From: the human T2T-CHM13v2.0 reference genome, Homo sapiens
Length of the DNA: 64,000 nucleotides
Assembly: GCF_009914755.1 (NCBI RefSeq)
Contig: NC_060934.1
Strand: one strand, 5' to 3'
Under the pieces are notes generated by a model. The model was not told the origin of the DNA, searched no databases, and saw only the letters and a program-made list of their open reading frames with translations. Shown piece after piece: positions 52,916-64,000 of the stretch (the stretch's first letter is position 1; the number at the start of each line of letters is the position of its first letter). The translations under genes were made by a program, and so were the position numbers.

Positions 52916-55861
52916 GATGCCAAGTAGAATAGCTTCCCATGACATACTCAAGAGTCAGAAACTTAATATGAGAAAAAAAGTGCAGCTTTAAATCGGCATG
53001 CATTTTACCCCAAATTCATAATTAAATAAATATTAATACTATTAGTATATGTAAAAATAAAAAGATTCTATACAGTTACTACCCATGAATACAAAAAGGG
53101 ATGAAATGATTTTAATATTTACTTTTTATTTATCAACTTATTTTTGAGATGCCTGAAAGCATAATTTTTGTTGTGAAAAATTGAGTGATGCACGGCAGCC
53201 ATTACACGGTACCTCACTGGCATTCCATAAATATGATTTGAATAAACATAAATGAATAAATGAAGGAATTATTGATCTGACCAACAATATAAAAATAGAG
53301 TAGAAAGGAAACTCTATAAAATGACATTCTACATAAACATTTACTATGATGAATCTTGTTAAAATTTTTATGAGATCTACACTTCAGTTACCAAGTAACT
53401 ATCTTCTATCTTTTCATCCAGAGTTTGTTACACAGCTGCTTCCAGTTCCTCACCACATATATGTTGTGTTAGCTATGTAGGAGTTATTGGAACAGACAAA
53501 TGACCTCTTTTGGTAATTGTGTTATGTGGTAATGTCAATTCTGAGTTTGCCACAGCAAGTACTAAGGGCTAATACTTTTGATTTTTTCTCTGCCAAAAAA
53601 GCATTCAATATGTGGCTGCTTTCCGGTGAGTGTTCCTGAAAGGTATCAAATTTCTTTAAGGAAAACTTAAGAAAGAATGGCAGGGAAGTAATATTTAAAT
53701 CGATTTTTAAGTGATTTTTTTTCCTGTGATCAAAATTAGTCAAAATTAGTGAAGGCTGGAATATGGGATGTTCTCATAATGAATCATGATTTCCTAGTCA
53801 TTGTTTCCTGTAATCGTGGTTTATTTAAAGTTTTTCTAAAATTTTAAAGTCCTCATTAAATTATCTCATCTGCATCATCACAATTTCTGTATCAGAATAT
53901 TAATTGCCAAAACTTCTAAAGTCTTTGTTCTTTTGCATCTTTAAATGCTATGGGGAGAGTGTCTTCTCTATGTCTAATTTATGACAATCCAAATAAAAGT
54001 TATCAGATTTATTTCCCCAAATTGCTTGCATCTGATATCTTAGAGTACTTGCACTGGTTTCCCCTCCACAGCCAGAATTACAAAGACAAAAGCTTTTTGT
54101 TAGCTACCTTCAATCCCTTGTGATGTTCACTTGCTTAATAAGCCAGATGATTTTTTTTTTACTTCCTACCTAATTAACACTTTCTCTTTAGCATTTGCTC
54201 TTGGGAATTGCAGAAAATTTAGTAGAATAAAAAATTTAACAAACATCAGAAAAATATGATTAGATATACTGTTTTTACCACCAATCTATATATCAGGGGA
54301 GTAAAAACTATGTAATTTTTGAAAATACTATGTTAATAAATATGAGTGTTTATTTTATTCGTAGTGTCTATAAAAATAGTTAATATAACATTTTAGTTTA
54401 GGACCATATTTATCACACTAGATCATAACTTTTATAAGTGCTTATATTCCTCAAAAGATTATTACAGAAATTAATCATAACAGAATATATCAGATGATAA
54501 CTATTTCCTAATATTTAAAAATTCCACCTTTCCTGTTCTTCATCTGCATGTTTGGTTTGAGATTAAATTTCAGTATTATGTAGAACTCCACAGGCAACCA
54601 AATACTATGTAGGATATTTTATTTTAATTTTCTATTTTGTGAAGATGAATCCAGTTTTCGATCCACTTAGATATGTTATAAGTTAGGTTATCCCACAGGA
54701 TTTGCATTATGTTAAGCGGTACGACTATGAGAAAACTGAGACTTCAAAAGAATTCTTGCCCTTGGCGTCTCAGGTTTCATCACAGGAGCCATTATTCATG
54801 GAATATCATTATTTTTGGCTTCTATTTAAGCTTATCTCTTTGTCCTTGATTTTTAAAGCAATGATTTCTTTCTACAAGGGCCAGAAGTATTTATCTGGCT
54901 TTTGACTTACAGTATCTGAATCATGTTCTGCTTTAGTTTTCCAGAGACTCCCATTTTTAGCTTTGATTATTGAAGAAGAAGGTATGTAATATTCCCATAT
55001 AAATATGGCCCTTTAATAATTAACATTTTGATCTTATTGGCTTATTTCAACTAAAATTTTGTATAGCTTCAAGATTGCAAATTAGTTCAGGACTTTCAGA
55101 TTTTACTGTTGTTCTTGGAGAGTCAATACACCTATAAGCGGATTTTTCAAATGAAATTTAACTCTGAAATATGTAGATCCTTTGTGAAAATGGTTTAACT
55201 ATTTCAGATATGTTCTTCATCAGAAATTGTGGCTTTACTTTTACTAAGCAGGTCAAAATGTAGTATTAGTGTTACATTTGATGAAATGTAAATAGAATAG
55301 TCTAGGCAAGAATGTTAAATATTTGCTTCCTGGCTTAAAATTATAACCCTATTTTTAAAAAACTAGCTATTAAGTCATATTTTAAAAGGAACACATTTTC
55401 TCAATGATAGGCAAGGAATTTGTGTTTAAATGTAATTGATGAGAAAGCACTATTAGAATATTAGTTCATATATTGGGCAATTGTGCCAGGGCTTTGAAGT
55501 GCTTCTTGGCTATTAACTTTGTGATAACTCTTTCTTCACTAAAAAAAAAAAAAAAAAGAAAAGAAAAACAGACTGGAAGTACTGTCACCAGGCAGGCTCT
55601 TAAGTGTCCAAGGCAAACTATTTTAAGTTACAACAAAAAGAGGGAAACATTAATAATTCTACAAGCAGTTTGACTTGCTATATGTCATAAGAAAATTATT
55701 TTCTACCCGACAGTGCCAGTATTTGGGGTAGAGTAAAAGAGAACTATCTTATAAAGTCTATCTTATTAAAATAAATTATTCATTAATTTGTGATTTGGAA
55801 AGGAAAACAAGTATTCCTGGTTTATTTAAAAACAGGAAAATTTTGATTTGCGTATTCTATA

Positions 55862-55958
55862 AAAATAGCTTACTTATATTTAATTACTATATTTTTTATA
55901 TTTAGTAAAATAGCTTACTATATTTAGTAAAATAGCTTGCTATATTTAGTTGCTATAT
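55862..55958. repeat. Short tandem array, about 22-bp unit TATATTTAGTAAAATAGCTTAC
   Basis: AAAATAGCTT(A/G)C occurs three times; the last two are 22 bp apart. Confidence 0.8.
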
Positions 55959-56155
55959 GTTTCAAGTTCTCATAAAAATAATTCAATAAAATAAGTCATT
56001 TTTTATGACATTTATATTTGACCTTTACATAGAGGCCTCTTTGATCATTACAACTTGGTTTACCTGGTACTAACCTTTTACCACTATATATATTCTTTTA
56101 TGCTTTTCATTTCACGTATACTTTCTGAGTACCTAGTATAAAAGATATTATGACA

Positions 56156-56607
56156 TGTATGTTTATTGCTGTTCAGAATAGCAAAGACTTGGAACCAACC
56201 CAAGTGCCCATCAATCATAGACTGGATGAAGAAAATGTGGCACATATAAATCATGGAATACTATGCAGCCATAAAAAATAATGAGGTCATGTCCTTCGTG
56301 GCGACATAGATGAAGCTGGAAACCATCACTCTCAGCAAACTGACACAGGAACAGAAAACCAAACACCGCATGTTCTCACTCATAAGTGGGAGTTGAACAA
56401 TGAGAACACATGGACACAGGGAGGGGAACATCACACACCAGGGCCTGTTGAGGGTTAGGGTGCTACGGGGAGGGATAGCATTAGGAGAAATATCTAATGT
56501 AGATGACGGGTTGATGGGTGCAGCAGACCACCATGGCACGTTTATACCTATGTAACAAACCTGCACATTCTGCACCTGTATCCCAGAACTTAAAGTATAA
56601 TAATAAT
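56156..56607 (+). mobile_element. 5'-truncated L1PA (approx. L1PA7)
   Basis: AGCAAAGACTTGGAACCAACCC...CCCAGAACTTAAAGTATAAT; TSD AAAAGATATTATGACA 56140-56155 / 56608-56623. Confidence 0.96.
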
Positions 56608-57187
56608 AAAAGATATTATGACAGCTATTGGCAGTGGTTTCCAAGATGAAGTAGACATGAAACAAGTCTTCAAGAGGCTTATAGAACATAGGTGGATATG
56701 GGACATACACATTAGCAATTGTCAAAGAAGGGAGAATGAGATGAATCATAATATGTTGAAAAAATGCTCTGGGATTTCAGAAGAGAATACTGTTGGAATT
56801 TGGTGCTATTCTCATACTTGACTCAGCACATATTGTAAAATAGCAATATATATCCCCTTAAAAGGAACTACACATTTGAAGCATTATTCACTTAGCAAAA
56901 AGTACTGAAGGGATATGCTTAACTTTTTATGGAACTATTTACCTCATTTTTGATTCACACCATGAATTACAACCAAAAACGTACAAAATATCTTTAGAAA
57001 GTAAACAAAAAAATTCTATAACCATTTGTTTCCAGAACAAACTTCTCCATTCCTCAATTCAACAGTTTTAGATAGCATTCTAGGGAATAAATGAAAGCAT
57101 CAATGAAAGAATTATGATCAATACATTTGACCAAATGAGGCATAACACCTTACTAACTAGCATTAGGGTTTTCAATTTATATAAATC

Positions 57188-57268
57188 CATCCCCTCTCCC
57201 TCCCTCCTTTTTCTCACTCTCTTTTCTCTTTCTCTTTTCCCTCTCTTCCTTTCTTTGTGTAACTCTCC

Positions 57269-57303
<35 letters not shown>
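57188..57303. repeat. Pyrimidine-rich tract ending in (CT)n
   Basis: Direct reading. Confidence 0.9.
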
Positions 57304-57306
<3 letters not shown>

Positions 57307-57919
57307 TATGCCCTTAATGTACTTATAAATAGAATGAAAATATTCAATTGCTTATTTTTCCCGTATCATAGTCCATACAACCTTTAACTTATTTTTTCAC
57401 TGTCCCAACCCAGTGGTTTTGACATTTTGGGAAGAGAGTCACTTGAAATTATTTCTAAAACAAACTTGTAATGAACATCAGAATGCCAGGCACATACATT
57501 GATATATATATATATATGTATGTATGGCGCCTATTAATTTTTTTTGGGAAAACAAATCTTTGTTAAGAGCCTCAGATCAAGAATCTGCCTTTCCCCTACA
57601 GATGTAACTGTAAATAATCACCTCCCCTGTTATCCTGTCTAAGGCCTTTGGTAATCACAGACGCTTTCTTCAATGTGTTATTCTCCTAATGTACCCCTGT
57701 CAATATACTAACAGTCCAGGAGTGTAGAACTATGGGTAAGAAAATAATTATTTAAAGGGTAAAAGAGAAAAAGTGGAAAAAAAGCTGAATCAGTATAAAA
57801 AATCATTTAGAAAGTGATATATAAAGTAATATATTGGTATTTATTTTGTACTTTATTAATTATTGTTAAATGATCAATTATTTAGTACATAGTAGGTTAT
57901 AGGTCACGAATATCAATAT

Positions 57920-58080
57920 ATCTATTCCCTTTAAAAACACTACTTTATATATGGGCAAATTAAGACAGGGAGAAGTTAAGTAATTCACCCAAGGCTACAG
58001 CTAAATACTTATTTAGCTGTAAATACTTATTTACAAACCCAGGCAGTCAGGCTCCAGAATCCATAACCTCAAATACTATA
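57920..58080 (-). mobile_element. MIR with internal palindromic rearrangement
   Basis: GAGAAGTTAAGTAATTCACCCAAGGCTACAGCT...AACCCAGGCAGTCAGGCTCCAGA. Confidence 0.82.
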
Positions 58081-58764
58081 TTTACCCCCACATACATAGT
58101 ATTTCATTTAAAAGCAAGATTTCTGATTTGGGCTCCTTGAGAGGCTAGTTCACAAGTATAAAGGGCAACAAAGTGTATCAGACTCACTTGTTTACTACAG
58201 GGAAAAAAGAGGGGGAAACAATATTAGGAAACATAGCTCTAATTTTGTCTCCTATGGCTGATAAAAATCTGTTTCTACCAGAGAAGGCAGTTATTCTAGA
58301 AGTGCTAAGGGTACTAAAGAGTAAAGAAAATATAGTAATACTAACCAAAGAATAAAACACTGAAAATGTAGGCCAAGAATCCAATGAAAGTCAATAACTT
58401 AGAGTCAAAGAGAAGGATTAAAAAAATAAGTTAGAGACAGTCAGGTCAATTACAAACTATTAGAGAAAAATGACTGTGATCAGAGCCAGAACTCACATGA
58501 GAAAAATAAACACTGGTCTATTACCCTCAATTTATAAATGTCTCATAAAGTGACAGGCAATGTATGGAGGTAGAAAGAATTATAAAGAGAGTAAATGGTG
58601 TAACAGTCATCCAAAGAATATTCAGTGGGCAAAAATAAATACAATGTCACTAAAAAGACATAGGGAAAGAAATATGTGAAAACATTGGTTTTTAAGTCAT
58701 AGTTTGAAGAATTTAAGAACTCTCTGATACTACAAGTCTGGTGATTAATGATACAGGGTGTACT

Positions 58765-59265
58765 TATGAGAGACAATTCTCTATGGGTCTTTCCAGTTTC
58801 TATACATCTTTTGAGTAAAGAAATAATAGCTTTTGTTCTGTCACTTTTTCAAGGATGTTAGTATTGCAAACAACTTTAGAAGATAGTGCAAAAAGCAAAT
58901 TTGTTTGCTGAAAAGTATTATAAAATAATGCCCCCTTAGTGGGTGAAGCTTAGAAGAATTTGCTAGTGGCCTCTTCCAAAAACTGAGATTTTTCTAGTCT
59001 CAGTGTTTCTGACCTGTCATACAATCCCACTGTGTATGCGGTATTCACCTCAATCCACCTCTGCATTGGCCACGCAGGACTTGGAGAAGGGACAAGGGGC
59101 CAAGAATGCAAACATGATGCTCATATTGCCCACTACACCATAAATAATAAAGTTCTTTGTCTCTCATTTGGAAATCTCATGACTTCTGCCAGCATCCATG
59201 AAACTGTGGCTAGATAACGTGTTATCTTGCAAAGTAAAACGTCAGACCCTTCACAGTCATTGATA
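58765..59265 (+). mobile_element. LTR53/LTR47-like ERVL LTR, probably followed by internal sequence
   Basis: GAGACAATTCTCTATGGGTCT...TTTTCAAGGATGTT...AATAAAG...CTTCTGCCAGCATCCATGAAACTGTGG...CAGACCCTTCACAGT. Confidence 0.8.
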
Positions 59266-60349
59266 GATTTGATGACAAAAGTGAGATACAGAGACACAGA
59301 TATTTAGAAGATGAGAGGTTCAAAGCCCTCTGAAAGTTTATTTGAAGTTATAAAGAGCCTCTTTGGGATAAGGTAGTAAATGTTCTTACCCAAGTGGTAG
59401 GAAAGAATAAGGATTTCCTAATGTCCAACCTGTTAATAAATGTTGAGAGGCTGAGCAATGAGAGGAGGGACAGAAACAATTTTCCCCTGATGTGCTTTGG
59501 TTGTTGGTTGTTTACTCTCCTCCAGGCAGGAGCAGAAAAGTGAGCTCCTATGACAATAAAGACAAGAGTTTCATAGCCCATTATCACAAAAGGCAGTGTT
59601 TGTCTCCACTGAGTCAAAGGGTCCTGTAGACAGAATCAATAGTATCAAACAATGAGGATGTAGAGCTTTGGATTGACCAAAACCAGAAGTCTGGTTAGTT
59701 GAGCCAGTACATAGCAGACAACTTGAAACCAAAAATAAATGTGGTTTACATGCTGATCTAGAGCCACTCTCTCTCTCCAGCACCTTTGATTTCCTCTCTT
59801 TTTCTCCCCTGATGTCAACTGCTTTAAAGAGAAAAATGATTAGGAGTAGAAACAAGATATGTCCCCAAGAGAGATGAAAGGTCATGGTCATCCAACAGAG
59901 CATACTGGAGAACAAGAGAGAGAGGAGGAATTTAAGTCTTTATAATTCTACAGGGTATGGGCCTCCAAATCACCATCCTGTCTAAGCCCATGATGGGAAG
60001 GGGTGGAAGGTACAAGCCTGACTGAAGGCACTGAGAGCTGCAGGGCAGATACTCACCAAAATGCATAGGAAAAACAAAAATAAAAAATAAAGAAGAAGAC
60101 CTGGATATACACAGAAGCACAGATGGTATTGCCCCTGTGGTGAAAAGCCAAAAAGAATTTTAAAAGTAAAAGAAGAAAAAGAAAGGAAAACAAAAGCCTC
60201 TAAGTTGATCCGGCCACTCACCACCAGCTGTTTTACCTTCTGCCCATCATCCCATCCAATCCCAATACCCCTCACGCTGATTGGCTGGAGGAAACAAGTT
60301 TGCACTCTGAAAGAAAAGTTGTCTGAGAAAGAAGTCAGCCCTTGAAAAG

Positions 60350-60538
60350 TAGAGGTGAGAGATGGAGAGGATAAAACCAGATCCTAAAAGAAATTTGTTT
60401 GAATCTCTATATCCAGCTACAGCTATAAGTCATCCTACCCTCAGCAATATAGATATGAAAGCTAAATAATTTCACCTTCTTAAGCCTGTTTGGGTCACAT
60501 TTTGAAACACTGGATATACAAAAAATTCCTAATTGATA
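60350..60538 (+). mobile_element. Old MLT1 (J/K/L-like) 3' part
   Basis: ATCCAGCTA...CTTAAGCCTGTTTGGGT...TCCTAATTGATA. Confidence 0.55.
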
Positions 60539-60617
60539 CTAGCCACAAATTCATCTGATAATTGTTACCATGACATCTGCCTTGTTTTTACTTTATTATT
60601 TTTTTAATTCCTCTGCC

Positions 60618-61074
60618 TTGGTAGGCAGAATAATGGTCCCCTAAAGAGGCTTATATCCAAATCCCTGCGAGCTGCGATCATGTTATATTGCATGGAAACA
60701 AAAATTAAGGCTGCTAATCAGCTAACTTTAAATAAGAAAATTAACCTGATGAAACTAATGTAATCACAGGGGTCCTGAAATTAGATGAAGGAGACTGTGA
60801 AGTCTAAGTGATGCTATGTGACAAGGACTAAATCTACCATTGTTGGTAGATTTTAAGATGAATGAAAGTACCACAAGCCAAAGAATGCAGGTAGCCTCTA
60901 TGAGCTGGAAAAAGGAAAACTTATTCTCAGCTAGAGTACAAAGGTACACGGCCAGAACAAATTCTTGATTTTAACCCAGTGAGACACGTGTTGGATTATA
61001 TCCTATAGAACTGTATGATAACGTATATGTGTTGTTTAGGCTCTTCATTCAGGAAATTTGTAGAAAACTAATAT
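60618..61074 (+). mobile_element. MLT1D-like solo LTR
   Basis: GGTAGGCAGAATAATGGTCCCC...AATTAAGGCTGCTAATCAGCT...CAAAGAATGCAGGTAGCCTCTA...AGAAAACTAATA. Confidence 0.88.
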
Positions 61075-61144
61075 GCCCACACAAATTCAGTTCCTGTGGC
61101 CATGAGTCTACTGGAATGACTCATCTTGGCCTTGATGATGATAC

Positions 61145-61936
61145 TGAGATGGGAGAGAGTTCCTTGACCCCTTCACGGGACTTGAGACAGGTTTGTGGCT
61201 CGCCTACTTGGCCACCGCAGTGATCAAACCCCTTGTGGGAGGAGGAGCACTCAGGCAAGTGGATGCCAGGGCTAGGGCAAGCACTTTTGTGCTCCAGGCC
61301 CACAGCAGCATCTATGGGTGTGTTACAGTTAATGCTCTTTTAGCAGTTGCCATCTGTGGATGGCTAAGTATTAACCAGCTCAGTGGAGTCAGGGTGACAG
61401 CCTTTTACATACTATCCTGTTGGTACCAGGTTCTAACTTGGCCTCCAGGAATAATCAGGTCACATTCAGGTTTGAAAGGCGATGAATGCAGAGGATTTTA
61501 TTAAGTGATGGGAGTGGCTCTCAGTGGAAGGGGAGCTGGAAAGGGGATGGTATGGGAAGAAGGGGATCTTTTCCTGAAGCCCAGCTGTCTCCAGCCGGGC
61601 TCCTCTCCAAAGTCATGCCATCTAAAGTTAAGCGGTGTCTATCTGTAGTTTCTGACATGCAGTTGCTTCTTCTCTCCTGGACGTTCAGCCACTTCTTCTC
61701 TTCTCTCCTTCACTGCCACACCACTCTGCTCCTCTGTCAATGGAGTTTGGGGTTTTTATGGGTAGCGGATGAGGGGCATGGCGGGCTGGGGTGGTTTTGG
61801 AAAAAGCAACATTTGGGCAGGAAAACAGGGATAACTATTCTCATTTTCGGGCCACAATTTCCAGGCTGCAGAATGGAACCTTTGCTGGGGAACCATCCTC
61901 TTTTACCCCCTATTTCCCTGCCTCCTGTCTGTATCA
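61145..61936 (-). mobile_element. MER50-like ERV1 solo LTR
   Basis: Minus strand starts TGATACAGACAGGAGGCAGGGAAATA; perfect 4-bp TSD ATAC 61141-61144 / 61937-61940. Confidence 0.9.
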
Positions 61937-63589
61937 ATACTAATTATGGAATGACAGTTTCTATGGCAGTGATTTAGAGTTTGTTTGAGAGAAGTAAATG
62001 AGCTTCTTTGCAGCTTTTCACATGTTGTCATTGGCTCTGAAGTAGTTGATTAAATCTCAGTCCCTCAAGCATGCTCATAGACACTTGTAGTAGTTTTGAT
62101 ATGTATCTCTTGTTGCCTTGAATTGCTTTTTATCTTCTTTAAACATAACTGACTGGGCTAAAGGGAACCAGAGTCCAAGCCATTCCCTCTAAAGATGTTT
62201 TATACCTAGGATTCCAGAAAATTTTCCTCTTATATCTGAAGAAACCAGATGTTTGCACTAACTGGGGAATTGTAGAGTGTGTATGCGTGAATTATCATAC
62301 AAAAGCACATTCAAAATTATGTGTCATTATGTTTTAAACATATAAAATAATAGCAAGAAAGAGAACACAAGTAGCTATTATTGTGTTAAAAGCATTGAAT
62401 TTTTCATACTCTCAGTAAATTGTATATTTAAGACAGTATACTTAAAAAGTAATAAAACATTAAATAATGATGCATTGACTTGTTTACATTCCCAGGGAAT
62501 AACTGCATATAAAACAGAAATCCAGGACAGTTTTAGACTTTGTTAATCTGTTTACCAATTATAAAATATCTAAGAATCACTCCTGAATGTTCCTTTTGGG
62601 AGTTGCAATATTGTTTTGAGGAGATCTGAATCACCTTTTACTTGTTGAAGAAAAATTGTTCACAAAGATTAACATGTGGATACCCAAAATGTCATATTAC
62701 CATTGTGTATTTTGGTAAATCAATGTTTATATTTCACTTTTGTTGAATTTAATAAATTTGAATTTCAAAATCTAATTTCAAAGGAAGGCAATTAAATATT
62801 AAAACTGTTATCTCAAATAAAAACACTAATAATGATGTTATGATAAGAAGAAATTCATCCTCATTCTGATGGAAAAATTAATTGCCATTACAAAATGAAA
62901 TTAACCTGAATCATCTGGTTTTGTTTGTTTGTTTGTTTTCCAGTCAGAAGTGAAGAAAAGAAAAGACTCTTATCTTCTTTCTTTCTTTGATTCCCCTGGT
63001 TCTTTCTTCTTCTCTAAGCTTATCTGATTGACCAAGCTGCTTAATAAAATACTATTGCAACATTTAAAAATATAAGTACTTGTATAATATTATGCTACAA
63101 GATACAAATGTAGCATGGAATAAATGAAAATAAATATTTAGATAATATGAATTCAATAAATAGGACGTCAGATTTTGGAATTCTTTCTTTACTGTAATAA
63201 TTCATTACACCTACTGTGGATCAAAGACTTTTTCTGAGATTTTTGAAATTTTATTTACTGTATTACATGTTAATTTACTAACAAGCACAATTGAAAGCAG
63301 AGACAAAAATAAACTCACATTAGGAATTTTCTAGCTACATATAGGTATATCACGAACATGTCAAAATTTGAAGAGAAAAGCAAAAATATTTGTAAAGGAT
63401 ACATAATTACAGATTTATTAGATCACTTTAAAAATCTTGAGTAAATATTGCCTTTAATGTAGAAAATTCATACACATACCATTATGATAAAACTCAAGGG
63501 AGTCAAAGAATTACATGACAGTAAATGATTCCATATACATAAATAAAGAAAATTTACGTGTTTGGCCTAAACAATGTCGTATATGTAAA

Positions 63590-63960
63590 ACAAGGCAGCT
63601 TTCCGGGATGCCAAAATTGTCACTCTAGAATTGCAGAGGCATTGGGGAAAACTGCCAGTCTGTGAGGAAGATCAAGATAGTCACATGGAGAGGTCACGTG
63701 GAAGGACAGATTACCAATGGAAAGATAGATTATGATTCCTCTCTTTTAGTTCAGCCATTTCAGTCTAAGTGAAAGAAAGTGAAGAAGCTTCTTGATGACT
63801 CCAATATCAGCTACCATCTAACTGCCACTATATGAGGGACTCCAAATGACAACAATTTAGTTTGGCCCATCAATACCCAAAATCATTAGAGATAATAATA
63901 TATTATTTTAAGCCATTAAGTTTTATGACAGTTATTATGTAGAAACACATAACCAGAATA
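63590..63960 (+). mobile_element. MLT1H/G-like LTR
   Basis: CACATGGAGAGGTCACGTGGA...GATGACTCCA...CCATCTAACTGC...TTTTAAGCCATTAAGTTT...ATAACCAGAATA. Confidence 0.82.
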
Positions 63961-64000
63961 TATATGGCTCTAATTACAAGAAAGACAAAATTTTTGAAGT

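Noticed and set aside
53422-53625. Plus-strand 204-nt exon-like segment (TCCAG|...CCG|GTGAGT)
   Set aside because: Stops in all three frames and no independent support.
56261-56749. 162-aa minus-strand ORF
   Set aside because: Mostly an antisense reading of the L1PA 3' end.
61193-61977. 103-aa and 163-aa ORFs in GC-richer DNA
   Set aside because: They lie within the MER50-like LTR; no recognisable domain.

Overview
AT-rich, CpG-depleted primate (human-like) genomic DNA with no recognisable protein-coding exon, RNA gene, CpG island or CRISPR array. A large share is interspersed repeat: L1 fragments of several ages, Alu/FLAM, MIR, L2, many MaLR/ERV LTRs and Tigger/hAT/mariner DNA transposons. 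The listed ORFs are repeat-derived or chance ORFs. Best-supported structures: a full-length THE1 provirus with TSD inserted at the start of an L1 ORF2 (399-2628); a full-length but dead Hsmar1 mariner (30495-31771) with one perfect SETMAR-binding TIR core; a 5'-inverted (twin-primed) L1PA inside an ERVL solo LTR (52067-52915); and several nested insertion stacks. The most interesting inference is that the window lies in a very long intron of a minus-strand gene. About 14 of 16-17 LTR elements point +, and a minus-strand polypyrimidine-CAG|GTAAGA motif at 18310/18309 with a second donor 183 nt downstream has the architecture of a recursive-splicing site plus RS-exon. Subfamily names come from recalled consensus sequences, not a database search.
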